Source: Octopus sinensis
Lineage: Eukaryota
Direction: 5' to 3'
NCBI RefSeq assembly: GCF_006345805.1
Contig: NC_043017.1
Location: forward strand, 17,918,001-17,982,000
DNA length: 64,000 bases
Made by a program: the position numbers and the translations under genes. How positions within the stretch are numbered: the first letter of the stretch is position 1; each line of letters begins with the position of its first letter. Below the pieces are notes generated by a model that saw only the letters and a list, made by a program, of their open reading frames with translations, ran no database searches and had not been told where the DNA came from. Shown piece by piece: positions 25,204 to 37,893 of this stretch.

Positions 25204-25924
25204 CGTTCCTTTCTGTATTACCGATTATTTCTCTTTCTATGTTATAATGTCAGTTATTTTCTTTGTGTACTATAACATCAGTCATGTCCCATGTTAAATA
25301 TAATACTATTCTCGATCAGTACCGCAGACAGCAACAGCAGCAAGTATTCCACTATACTAATGAACAGCAAACCTCATTTGGATGGCTGTTGATGTTTATG
25401 AGTTCCTCTGCTTTTTAATGGGTTTTACTTTTCGTCCCACAGGGTGTCCAACAACCACCCACATCACCAAGCTACTTCAGTGGGGTTACAGGTTTAGTCG
25501 CCAAGAGCCCAAACAGGTTGTACTGGGTTACATGTTACAAGTAGCACTCGAAAGTGCCCTGACATAATAATATAATGTATCTACATATAGCACTAGCACT
25601 AGTAACTTGCAAGTTACTCAGGACCTTACTAGCGCTGGTGCTACAAAATGTGGTTGGCACTAAGAAGGGCATCCAAATGTAGAAACTATGCCAAAGCAGA
25701 TACTGGAGCATAACACATTTGTCCATGCCAGTATGGAAGATGGCAAATAAGTGATGATGATGATAATCATCATCATATGAATGTATGTGTGTGTAACAGG
25801 ATGAAGGTCTCTGGAACACTTAATGGGTATCGGTCTTATCCTGTTACATTAAATTGTGTTGAAAGGAAAACCAAAACTTTGACTATCTTCAACAGCAATA
25901 AATAATGTTTTATTTTGGTCTGGA

Positions 25925-26112
25925 TTCATCATCATCATCATCGTTTAACGTCTGTTTTCCGCACTAGCATGGGTTGGACGGTTCGACCGGGATCTGGGAA
26001 GCCAGGGGCTGCACCAGGCTCCAGTCTGATCTGGCAGAGTTTCTACAGCTGGATACCCTTCCTAACACCAACCACTCCGCGAGTGTAGTGTGTGCTTTTT
26101 ACGTGCCACCTC
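25925..26112 (-). mobile_element. Family D retroposon (RTE-tail-like SINE ending in (GAT)n)
   Basis: GTGGTTGGCGTTAGGAAGGGCATCCAGCTGTAGAAAC...CCATGCTAGC...GTTAAACGATGATGAT; other copies at about 33860-34190, 38265-38570, 42870-43080, 46860-47120, 60925-61200 and 63435-63830. Confidence 0.8.
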
Positions 26113-26134
26113 ACAAATAAAAATATATATACAT

Positions 26135-26440
26135 ATATTTTTCTTCATGGCAAACCGGTAGCCAAAGCCATGAAACTATTCACAATAGTTAACTTGTGTG
26201 AGCCAAAAATGCTTTCTCCGTTCCCACATAGAAGGAGGTTTCTATACGTGTTGGTTTTCTTGAGAGAACCTTGAATCGTCTCCACTCGATTCCGCTGCAG
26301 CTTCAGAAGAACATATCTAGCGGGAAAACTTTCTGTTGGCAGTTCTCTGCGCATGTGCGTGAGGGAACTTCCAGCGGCCTACCAGAAGTAATCCAACTCT
26401 GCGCATGCGTGCTGAAAACTTCCAAAATAGCATCACTACA
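26135..26440 (-). mobile_element. Truncated solo LTR related to the 28338-33607 gypsy LTRs
   Basis: Ends in tagcatcactaca (26428-26440) as both LTRs do; shares the gcgcatg/acttcc..ggcc..gaagta/tctgcgcatgcg block; left boundary approximate. Confidence 0.7.
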
Positions 26441-26774
26441 TGACGATGATGATGATGCTTAAAAAGAATAAGTCTTGAGGTTGATTTGTTCAACTAAAAC
26501 CCTTCAAAGCTGTAACAGATAAAAGATAGACGTGATCAAAACTGAGGAGAACAACATTCAGTAAATCAACAATGAACGCCTCAAATGTACTGACTTCTTG
26601 ATGACCTCAAATACAACCCCAATATTACTGAACCTGCATATCTCAATGAAGACCTGGAATAAAAACTCTGCATCTCACAAAATGTAATGCATGAGCAGGT
26701 TTCCCTAAACTGAAAGATGATGCTCATGTTAACAAGTGTGGCCATTTCAGTATGTCACATATTAAAGGTTATGC

Positions 26775-27140
26775 AGCGAGCTGGCAGAAACGTTAGCATG
26801 CCAGGTGAAATGCTTAGCAGTATTTCGTCTGTCGTTATGTTCTGAGTTCAAATTCTGCCGAGGTCGACTTTGCTATTCATCCTTTCGGGGTCGATATAAT
26901 TGACTTAATCCGTTTGTCTGTCCTTGTTTGTCCTCTCTGTGTTTAGCCCCTTGTGGATAGTAAAGAAATAAATATTTCGTCTCGCGTTACGTTCTGAGTT
27001 CAAATTCTGCCGAGGTCGACTTTGCCATTCATCCTTTCGGGGTCGATAAATTAAGTACCCGTTACGCACTGGGGTCGATATAATCGACTTGATCCATTTG
27101 TCCTCTCTGTGTTTAACCCCTTGTGGGTAGTAAAGAAATA
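26775..27140 (+). mobile_element. SINE family A head-plus-partial dimer
   Basis: Two tails; the second unit restarts at atttcgtct; TSD ggttatgc at 26767-26774 and 27141-27148. Confidence 0.85.
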
Positions 27141-28337
27141 GGTTATGCTCTTGCAATTCAAGAGGAGGAAATGGTAACAATATACAGAAGCAAATAAGAC
27201 AGTGAAACCTTTAAATTCCTTGTCTTAAGAAGTGCATCATCATGAAGATTCCAAGACATATTAAAAGAATGAATGCAATGGCTAGTCATATGTTATGGCA
27301 GCCACATTTTCAGTATAGAAGAGCAGCACAAAGAAGGGAGAAGACCATCATCCACGTAGTCCTTACTCTTTCAGGAGGATGTCAAGGATCTCAACAGACA
27401 TTGGGGGGAAAAAAAGCAAAACACTGAACTCAAAACACCAGAAGAGAACTGCTATGGCCTCTCTCCACTGTACAAACGTGGAAGGGACTGACTGAGCTTT
27501 GAATAAGTAAGATTACAAATTCATCTGAAGGTACAGATGTGTCTCCACTAAATCAGGACAAACAAATCCACAACAATTATCAAGAGGTGAGAGATAAACA
27601 AACCTATACAGAGTTACACATACATACACAATTACATATATACACATGTGCATACACAAACACATACCAATACATATATGTGACAGACTTCCACAGAAAT
27701 TTCTATTTATCAAATCCACTCACAAGACTTTGGTTGGCCCTGGGCTATATAGTAGAAGACAGTTGTTCAAAGTGGCACACAGTGAGAGGGAACCCAAAAC
27801 AATGTGGTTGGGAAGCAAACCTCTTAACTACACAATGTAGAGATATTTTCCCACCTTTCTGTGGGAAAATCCTTCCTGTTTTATGAGCTTTCAATTAAAG
27901 CGCAATAATTAGCAACAAATTAATTCTTAAAGGTGAGAACAATTTGTACTAATAATTACAAGGTCACCAGTTCAAACCATGCTACTAGCTGGTCCTGGCA
28001 AAGGACTGGATGGGTGAGTGGATGAGTAATTGCTAGACATACCAGTTAAGGAAAATTGTGGTGAAAGAGAAAAACATCAGGTGTGAGAGAGAGAGTGAGG
28101 GAGAGAGAGAGAGTGGTGATAGTGGTAGGAAGACTGGTTAATTGTATTTTAATGGTGAGAACTTATACTTCACATCCCCTCCATCTGTGAGTAAATACTA
28201 AATATATATACTTGATTGGTCTAGTTACCTCAATGTCAAGTTACCTAACTGATACATATAAGTTCATGAACACTTGTATATGTATGTTCATATCTATGTG
28301 TGTAGGCATATGAGTGTGCAAATATATATAATACATA

Positions 28338-28754
28338 TGTAACGTGAAAGGATCTATCATCGAAGCACTGGCAGGGTGTCGAGATCCTTTCTAGTCACAT
28401 ACAATATTCTTGCAGAAAACAAACAGACGAAACTCAGGTTAAAGGTGAACAGACAACTTGGTTTATTGATTCATGGTTGTACGTTGTCTGATGGGGGAAT
28501 AGACAGCCTCTGAGATACTGCTGGTGTTGGTCGTTGAGGTTGGTTGAAGTTGGTTGAAGCTGGTGTGTGGCTGTCAGAGCCGGGAAAACCGTGACCGATC
28601 GCAGTGCTGTCTTGAGCCGAAGAGAGAGATTTGAGGTTCGCGGGCTCGAGAGATGTTTTCCCGCACATGCGCATGGGGAAGACTTCCGGTGGCCACCCGG
28701 AAGTAGTCCCATTCTGCGCATGCGCGCCGAACCCTACACAGTAGCATCACTACA
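28338..28754 (-). repeat. 3' LTR (417 bp)
   Basis: Direct repeat of 33187-33607, preceded on the minus strand by the polypurine tract at 28755-28765. Confidence 0.95.
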
Positions 28755-28882
28755 GGGCTCCCCTCCGAGTGCGAAGTACGGCAACCAGAATATAGTGGTG
28801 GTGCTGCAGAAAACAGAAGGCTTGCCGATCCCCCAGAAGACTTGGTACATACTATTATACAATAAGAAACATTTTAAGAAAG

Positions 28883-31800
28883 TTAAATGTAAATTGTTTT
28901 TGAAAGTTTCTTGGGCCAATGCACTGTTCTGCCCGATTTTGTAACATACGGTGTGCTCGGGGCACCCGTTGACGGCGAGGGTGGTGTTGTAGGAGCCGGT
29001 GAAGGTGTTTGTGCAGGTGAAGGCGTTTGTGCAGGTGAAAGTGTTGTTAAAGGTGCATAGGTGGGTGTGTCAAGGTTGTCATCAAAAGATGAAGACGTCT
29101 CAAAATGTGCCTTTTTTAAACGGTCCACGGAAACGGTCTCCGAACGACCATTTATCTCAATCGTGAAAACCTTTGGTGTGCGAGAAAGCACACGAAAAGG
29201 TCCTTTATAGGGAGAAACAAGTGGGCCCTTCACAGAATCGTCCCGAACAAAAACATGCGACCAGGTGTTCATATCCGGTGGAAGATGGGACGGTGGAGAT
29301 TGCTTTCTGGGAAGCATGGGCGGAAGGTTTGAAAAATATTCCCGCAGTCTGGTGACATAGGTCGCCGGATCATGGGGCGGGGAAGTGTCTGGCACCAACA
29401 TCGTACCGGGCAATGCCAGTGTGGTACCATACAGCAGCTCTGCAGCAGAAAACCCCAGGTCTGCCTTGACAGCAGTCCGACAGCCGAGAAGCACAATGGG
29501 CAGAAATTCGATCCAGGACTGTGGGTCCGAAGAGGCACGAAGAGCGGCCTTGAGCTGTCTATGGAACCGCTCAACCAATCCATTAGACGCTGGATGGTAG
29601 CTTGTGGTGTGGATATGGTGCATACCCAAAATTCGCGAAATAGCGAGGCCTCAAACTGTCGTCCACGATCAGTTGTCAATCGGGACGGGACTCCGAAGCG
29701 AGAAATCCAGTTTGAAACGAAAGCTCGCGCAACAGTCTCAGCAGAAATGTCTGCTATCGGAATGGCTTCTGGCCAGCGGGAGAAACGATCGACACAAGTT
29801 AATAGATAAGAGAACCCGCGACTCACAGGCCATGGTCCAACCAGATCGATGTGGACATGGCGAAAACGGGCCTCCGTGGGGGGAAATTGTCCAAGCGGGG
29901 CACGAACGTGCCGTTGAATCTTGGATCGTTGACACTTGGAGCAGGTGCGTGTCCAAGAAGTAATTGTGCGACGCATATTCGGCCAGAAAAACCGAGCAGT
30001 GATTAGTTTGAGGGTGGCAGCGATGCCAGGATGTGATAAGGAGTGCAGTGCTTCAAACACTGAGCGTTGATGGGTCTCAGGCACCAGTGGCCTGGGAGAT
30101 CCAGTTGAAGTGTCACAAAGAATGGTGCCTTCGGCTGACGGAAGCGGAAGGTAGGAAAACTGGCAACAGGAGAACTTGGGAGAAGTTAAATCTAACGACG
30201 CCAAGGTGGCTGCTCCTGCGATATGGCAGCTAAGTCGATAGCAGCAGGAGACGAAAGGGCGCAAACTGGAAGGCGAGAGAGAGCGTCAGCAGGAACGTTC
30301 TCTTTTCCAGGTATGTGTCGAATGTTGCTAGTAAATTGAGAGATAAAATCCAGGTGCCGAAAAGCACGGGGTGAGAGTTTGTCCGTTTTTGAAAACAGGG
30401 CAAACGTAAGGGGCTTGTGATCCGTATAGATCACAAAATCTCGCCCTTCAAGTTGATGCTGGAAATGACGAACCGATAGATAGATCGCTAGGAGCTCACG
30501 ATCAAAGGTGCTGTATCGTCGTTCAGCTGGTTGCAGTTGACGGGAAAAGAAGGCTAGAGGTCGAACATGGTCATCCACTGTGTGTTGTAACACAGCGCCA
30601 ATCGCAGTGTCCGATGCGTCCACAGTCAAAGAGAGAGAAGCACCAGGAACTGGATGTGCAAGCAAAGAAACAGAAGCCAGCTCCTTCTTAATGGACTCAA
30701 AGGCTGTCACTGCCTCAACAGAGAGGGTGACTTGACTGTCCTTTCTAGGAGAGTCCTTTAACAGCCTGGTGAGAGGTAGCAGCTTATCTGCACAACCGGG
30801 AATGAAGCGTCGGTAGAAATTGACCATCCCTAGATAATGCCTGAGCTGGCGCAAGGAAGTGGGGGGTGCGATGCGTTGAATGGCATCGACTTTTGACGAG
30901 AGGGGGCTGATTCCCGTCGAATCAATATGATGCCCTAGAAAATCTAGGGAAGAGCGTCCGAAAACACACTTGTCGGGGTTTATGCGTATGCTATACGCGC
31001 GAAGACGCTGGAAGAGTTGAGAAAGGTGCCGGAGATGATTTTCTCGTGTGTCGCTCGCAATGAGTATGTCATCGACATAGGCAAACACAAAATCAAGACC
31101 GCGGACAACCTCATCAATGAAACGCTGGAAGGTGCTAGTAGCATTCCGCAAACCGAAACTCATGTACAAAAACTCAAAACACCCAAACGGGGTAGTGATT
31201 GCAGTTTTTGGAACGTCGGCTGGGTTGACCGGTATTTGGTGGTAAGCGCGTATCAGATCGACCTTCGAAAAAATGGTACAACCATGGAGATTTGCTGTAA
31301 AGTCCCGGAGATTTCTAATCGGATAGCGATCGGCTATTGTGACGGCATTGAGGCGTCGATAGTCTCCAACCGGGCGAAAATCAGACTCGCCCTTTCGCGC
31401 CAAATGAAGGGGAGATGCCCATGGGCTGGTGGAGGGGCGTATAAGGCCAAGTTGAAGCATGTGCTCAAACTCGGCTCTGGCCGTTTTAAGTCGGTCTGGC
31501 GCTAGGCGCCGGGGGCGTGAGAATACAGGTGGCCCATTGGTGGTGATGAAATGGAGGGTCGAGTGGGTAGGATTTTCCGGTTTAAAGGCAATGTCCACTA
31601 GCTCCGGAAATGAAACCAAAAGAGAGTGAAAAGGGTCTCCAGAGGTGGCAACAAAGAATGTCGGGCTAAGGACCGCAGTGGTGGAACTCCCAGTCGGTGT
31701 AGAGAGCGACGTCGTGCTATCAAGAAGCCTCCGACGCCTGACATCCACCAATAGGTTAAACCTATCCAGGAAATCAGCGCCGAGAATAGGATGCGGGATG

Positions 31801-32084
31801 TCAGCGATGACGAAAAACCATCGAAAGTCTCGACGAAGGTTGAGGTTGAGGCGCAGCGAAATCTGACCGTAAGTGGTTATGGGAGACGAGTCAATAGCAT
31901 GCAAGACAATCGAAGAGCGCTTGGGCTTGTCTGCAGCCAGACGAAGGGGCCAGATGCTGCAACAGGAGCCGGTGTCTACCATGAAGAATTTCTCCGACAC
32001 CAGATCTTTTACATAGAACGCACGATGTTTGGGAAACGAGATGGAAGAAGGTGACGTGCTCACCTCCTCCGGATTTAGTTTTCC
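28883..32084 (-). pseudogene. pol: pol (PR-RT-RH-IN), two frameshifts near 30230 and 29630
   Basis: PR VDTGS; RT YPI...KVDL..AYHQ..MSFGL.NA..YVDD; RNase H DASD/ELLA/TDH; IN HSLSH..CSKC, HIDL, TTDRG, GLVER; GPF module. Confidence 0.95.
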
Positions 32085-32810
32085 GAGGGCTTGAAAGTGC
32101 ACGGCTGGGTACACCGATCTGCCTTTTCGGCATATCTCGAATGGTACCAGCACCAGCCGGAACGAGAAACAGAGTCACTCCGACTGCGGGAAATAGAGCT
32201 ACTGCGACTACGAGATTGGCGTCCGATCGCACGGCACAGATCATCGATCCTCCGCGTAAGCGCGTCGATGTTCTCGGCCAGTTTATCGTTCGTCGGAGGT
32301 GTCGGGGGGGGCTCTGTGCATGCGTACAGGCCCCGCGAGGGAGATGGGCGCGAAAACTCCAACACTTTGTCGGCCATCGTGGCGATCTGGTCCACAGACA
32401 CAGCATCCAGTGCCGTGGCCAACATTGTCTGCACGTGGGCAGGCAGCCTTGAGAAAAATATCTTACGTAAGAGCGGCGCGTCAGCGGCGTTGCCGCTTAG
32501 CTCTCTTAGATGGCGCAGAAATTGGGATGGAGTTCTGTCCCCTAACTGCTCGTCGGCCATCAGTTCATTAAACTGACTTTCTCTGAGCGCGTGTTGCGAC
32601 GGAGGATCTCCGCCTTTACTGACGCATATGTGGCGTCAGGATGGGGACTCACAATGAGATCCCTGACCGATGTTGCGAGCCGGGAGGGCAAACTTGAAAA
32701 CAGTAGATGTAACTGCTGTTGTGGCGGAATGGTATGCGCGGCAAAGTGTGATTCCACCTGTGCAAACCACAGCCCCGCATCCCCCGTAAATGAAGGCAAA
32801 CCTGAAGCCA
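32075..32810 (-). pseudogene. gag: gag, one frameshift near 32580
   Basis: LPSFTGDAGLWFAQVESHF... then QFNELMADEQLGDRTPSQFLRHL ... CWYHSRYAEKADRCTQPC (C-X2-H-X9-C-X3-C). Confidence 0.9.
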
Positions 32811-33186
32811 TGCCTTTGTCGGAAGGAGTCTGTGAGAAGGGGGCAGAAGGTATGGTCGAGAAATGGGGAGAGAACACGTGGAACCGAGAAGGCAATTCAA
32901 AATTGTGTTTGTGTGTGCACCTCGTGGGTAGCAAAAAAAAAGGAATAAGTGTGTACAAGGAAAACAAAATACAGAAAAGGAAAAAAATGAATGTGTGTGT
33001 GTTTTCTATTTTCTTCTTTTTTTTTTGTACTGTGTGCGATGAATAAGGTTATTTGACCCACCTCGCCGTGCTGAAAAGGAGAAAATAAGAAAATAAATAT
33101 GGATTTCCGCGCTCTTCGGCCCCAAAAAAACCTGTTCGCTGTGTCTTTTTCTATCCTGTTCTTTTTCTCAACTAGGGGTCACCAAT

Positions 33187-33607
33187 TGTAACGTGAAAGG
33201 ATCTATCATCGAAGCACTGGCAAGGTGTCGAGATCCTTTCTAGTCACATACAATATTCTTGCAGAAAACAAACAGACGAAACTCAGGTTAAAGGTGAACA
33301 GACAACTTGGTTTATTGATTCATGGTTGTACGTTGTCTGATGGGGGAATAGACAGCCTCTGAGATACTGCTGGTGTTGGTCGTTGAGGTTGGTTGGTTGA
33401 AGTTGGTTGAAGCTGGTGTGTGGCTGTCAGAGCCGGGAAAACCGTGACTGATCGCAGTGCTGTCTTGAGCCGAAGAGAGAGATTTGAGGTTCGCGGGCTC
33501 GAGAGATGTTTTCCCGCACATGCGCATGGGGAAGACTTCCGGTGGCCACCCGGAAGTAGTCCCATTCTGCGCATGCGCGCCGAACCCTACACAGTAGCAT
33601 CACTACA
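33187..33607 (-). repeat. 5' LTR (421 bp)
   Basis: Followed on the minus strand by AT and PBS TGGTGACCCC (33184-33175), complementary to the 3' end of tRNA-Trp. Confidence 0.95.
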
Positions 33608-33826
33608 CATATATATAGAGAACACCATGTTGGATCATTAGCTCCTACACGCATTTTTTTCTCTCCTTGTTTCTTTTCTGTGTATCTTTCTGTCGAAGAG
33701 CGTAGGCTCAAAACATAAAAGACTTGTTCTATTTCTATTCCTGAGCGCCATACTAATACATTTGTTTGTTTGTACTCCACCTGCCTTCGTCTTTTGTTTA
33801 TTTTCGTAAACCTTCCCGTAATACAT

Positions 33827-33872
<46 letters not shown>

Positions 33873-35286
33873 TCATCACTGTTTAACATCTGCCTTCTAT
33901 GCTGACATGGGTTGGATGAATTGACAGGTGCTGGCCAGGTAGGAGGTCTGCACCAGACTTCTGGTGTCTGTTTTGGCAGGGCTTTTATGGTTGGATGCCA
34001 TTCCTAACACTAACCACCCAGCAGGGTGGACTTGGTGCTTTTTACGTGGCACAAGCACAAGTGTGGTCAATTTGGCATGGTTTTTACAGCTGGATGCCCT
34101 TCCAAATGCCAACCACCTTACAGTGCGGACGGGATGTTTTTTAAGTGGCACCAGCACTGGCAAGGTCACCAAGTAACTTGCAAGACAAAGATCCTTTGAG
34201 AGGGGAGGGGGCATTAGAGGAGTTGGGGGGAATCATCTTCAGCTGTCTGCAGGCTCACATGTGGGCTACAAGGCCTGCTCTTGAGCTGCAGCAGCAATGA
34301 CACCTATTGCAGGTGAAGCTACTTTATGCAATGGAAAAGTAACATCTCTCATGTGCCCTTTCAGATTTTCACAGCTGATTCTTCTCAATGGCTGGAGTTA
34401 CGAGCTTCAGCAATTGGTGCCATTCATTGCACTACAGGGCCTTCTCCTCCCAAATGTCTGGAGAGATGCTGGAGTTCTTCATATATCTCTTTGGCACATT
34501 CTTGTATCACAATCTCTAGCCACCATGACTCTGCCTGCTCTGATGTAGTTCAGCATAAATGACTACCTTTGGGAGCCTGCTACCCTCCATCATTGAAGCA
34601 TGTCCCACCCAGCACAACTGCAAAGAAGTAATGAGGGCTTTTGTTTATATGTTTCAAACTTTTGGCACTTAGGTGATTAAAATCTTGCACTTAAAGCAAA
34701 TCTTTACAAGGAAAAGGAGGTTTTTATGATTAAAAAAAAAAGATAGATAGATAGACAGACAGACAGATAGAACTATTTGGATGAAACAATTCTGAGTGGA
34801 TCCATATTTCTGGACCAAGTAAAAAGGGCAGCATCTTTTTAAAGAAATTAATCTAAAATATAGTAATATTTACCTCAGGTGTTAATAATAAAGCTGGGGA
34901 AAAGCAAGTGCATGCACGAATGCATGTGCACATACACAAGCAAACATATGCATACATACAAACATATATGTATGTAAAAAAAATAATAAATGTTTCCTTC
35001 TCAAGCCACACCAGGCCCATGAAGGCTGGTTTCCCAGTTTCCACAGCATATAAATTCCCCACCTGGACAGGATGCAGGTCTGTCACAAGATGACTCATTT
35101 TTGCCAGCTGAGTGAACTGCAGCAACATGAAGTGTTTTGCTCAAGAACAGAACACATTGCTTGGTCCAGGAATTGAAATCACACTCCTATGATCATGAGC
35201 CCAGCTAACACCTAAGCCACGTACCTCCACTATATGTTTGTATGTATGTCTTCGTTATTTTATATCTATATATGTTATACATTTGA

Positions 35287-35680
35287 TAGACTTGGAAAGG
35301 ACCTGATTAGGGTCCATGGGACTAAAATAACTATTGAGACTAATCCCCACCACCATGGACTTCCTAGATTTCACTCTGGACTTCGGCTCCAGTACACACA
35401 GGCCCTACTGCAAACCAAGTGAGAGGTTGTCCTACATCAACACAGCCTCCTGCCACCCCACTATCATGTTCAAGAACCTAGTGAAGGGTGTCAGCAAGAG
35501 GACCTCAAACTTATCCTCAAGTGAAGAAATTTTCAATGCCACAGCCTTCTATTACAACGGGGCTTGGCATCCAGTAGGTTTAAGGACCACATCTCCTATA
35601 TGCCAGGCCCTAGCATCCACAAAAGGAAGGACCACCAGAACATCATTTGGTTTTCCCCACACTTCTCACTCTATGTATAA

Positions 35681-35717
<37 letters not shown>

Positions 35718-35940
35718 CATCCATCTGGCTTGATATAGCCAGGTCATCGTTCCTGTAGGGGGGCAACCTATGTGGATGGGTACATCTCTTGAGGGTATCC
35801 AAAATGTATAACCCAACAAAGTCAGTGATTTCAGCCCTGTCAAAGCTCCCCATAGAGACATCAAACAATGGATATGGATCGCCTTCTTTATTCCCCCAGA
35901 AGGAATCATTATGGAACACTCTTTTCTTAGTCCCTTCTCA
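35287..35940. mobile_element. Penelope-like RT fragment in two opposite-orientation pieces
   Basis: Minus 35715-35940 encodes FDVSMGSFDRAEITDFVGLYILD...YRNDD; plus 35287-35670 encodes DRLGKDL...MDFLDFTLD...YINTASCHP. Confidence 0.75.
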
Positions 35941-37119
35941 TAGTTTTAAGAGAGAGAAAAAAGTGGCCCCAGTACTTGACTGGTATTTATCAACTATGAG
36001 GAATGGAAATTAAAGGCCGACACTGCCCCAGGATTTGAACTCAGAGTGCAGAGAGATGAAACAAACACTGCAGGGTATTCTATGTGATGCGCTATCAACT
36101 CATTCTATTCATAAAATTCTGTGAACAGTTAATACAGAACAGCTAGGATAATAACTTGAGTTCTGCCACTGTTTCTAGAGATTCTTGTGGAAAATCAATA
36201 GAATTAAAACAAGAGACAGATATTCTTTAAATAACATCAACATAGATGTAAATAACCTCCATTCAACACCACAACGCCTACAATCTACCCACTGCCTCAC
36301 TGGCCCACAGACCAGGCTGGCTGAATGACCAGTTGGCTGGCTTGCTTCAAGCAAGATTAAATAAGCAGCTTTTTAAATAATACATGGAGGTTGTACTTCG
36401 ACCATTGACATCACCAACACCACCACCACCATCAGTAATACAAATACAATTACCTCCACCATCATCAGTAATACAAATAAAACTACCGCCACCACCATCA
36501 TCGTCATTGCTCCTACCGTCACCATCTCTCTAGGTGTTATTACCAGTAATACAACCTCTACAAATACAACCATGACCACCACAATTACTACCAACATAAT
36601 CCCAACTACAATCACAACTACTGTCACAGTTACCACTCCCACAACTACCGCACACAAGCATAGTGAATGAAGGTAAGATGTGAGAGAACAGTTTATTAAT
36701 CATACCAATATTTTCTCTCTCACTCACAAACATCCACACACACACATTCTTCCACCTGTCCCAATCACACAAGTATAATGAAAGGAAGAAATGTGAAATT
36801 TGAGCTTAATAATATAAAGAGATAAAAAATCTCTGGCTGCAGTACATTTCCTTCTTTCAATTTTATTGTTATTATTATTATTATTATTATTATATTATTA
36901 TTATTAAGGCAGTGAGCTGGCAGAATCATTAGCATGCCAGGTAATATGCATAGCAGCATTTTATCCCTCTTTACATTCTGAGTTCTAGTTCTGTCAAGGT
37001 CAATTTTGCCTTTCATCTTTTCAGGGTCAATGAAATAAGTACCAGTTACACACTGGGGTTGATGTAATTGACTAGTCCCCTCCCCTCAAATTTCAGACTT
37101 GTGCCTATAGTATTTCAGA

Positions 37120-37620
37120 TGGACTGTCTATCCCAGCATGATACATATGTCTAGCCTAGCACACCCTTCTCTTTTGCATACAGCAGCTGATGCCTTTTGT
37201 TCCCAGTTTTTGCCCTAGGGTCATCTCTGTTCTGTCCTCCATTCATGCTTACTTTACATATCCAGTTGAGTACAATCCAGACTCCCTTCATCCTCTTCAC
37301 TCTCCCCATGTTTCTCTGTGATGTGATATTGTATTTTGTATAGAAGCATCATAGAAGTTGTTTTTCACTCATATAGTGAAAACCTTTCTTGCTAAAGAAG
37401 ACACTAGCTTCCTCAACTATTTCCACCCAGTCCCTGCTCAATTTTTATACCATATCTCCATCCTGCCCTCTAATACTTCTTGTCACCATTAAAACATAGA
37501 ATGTCATCAACTTTTAGTGAGTCTTTTGATTATTGGAAGGAAATTCCATGGCTGTTCTTATAGCTAACTTCTCTTGCACATCTTAGTATCAGCATGTACC
37601 ATGGTTTTAGGTAGCCATGT
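37120..37620 (-). mobile_element. Degraded RTE-type LINE 3' region
   Basis: Purine-rich decayed RT-like sequence of the same type as 41090-41540; no intact ORF. Confidence 0.35.
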
Positions 37621-37674
37621 AAATGCAAACATCCTGCCTGGCTTCCGACTTTTAGCTCAGTTGAGCATCTAGGA

Positions 37675-37893
37675 CAGTGGTTTTCAACCAGGGTTCCGCG
37701 GAACCTTAGGGTTCTGCCAGTACAGTCCAGGGGTTCCGCAAGAAGTTACAAAAATGCTAAAACCGACAGTAATTTTTAATTCTCCTGTGCAGATATGTGT
37801 GCATAAGACAATTAAATTATTGCACAGGAGTTCCTCGAGCCAGTGAAATGTTTTCTTGGGGTTCCGCTCCAGCAAAAAGGTTGAAAAGCACTG
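37675..37893. mobile_element. hAT-Charlie-type MITE
   Basis: TIR cagtggttttcaacc / ggttgaaaagcactg; 8-bp TSD atctagga at 37667-37674 and 37894-37901. Confidence 0.92.

Larger units (their letters stand above)
28338..33607 (-). mobile_element. Full-length Ty3/gypsy LTR retrotransposon, CsRn1 lineage
   Basis: LTRs 28338-28754 and 33187-33607 (TG...CA, 2 substitutions plus one 4-bp indel); TSD cata; PBS TGGTGACCCC; PPT GAGGGGAGCCC; Gag CHCC knuckle. Confidence 0.97.

Noticed and set aside
31017-33046. Plus-strand ORFs overlapping gag/pol
   Set aside because: Antisense shadows of GC-rich retrotransposon coding sequence.
36373-36657. Val-rich, membrane-like ORF
   Set aside because: Antisense of (ACC/CAT)n trinucleotide repeats.
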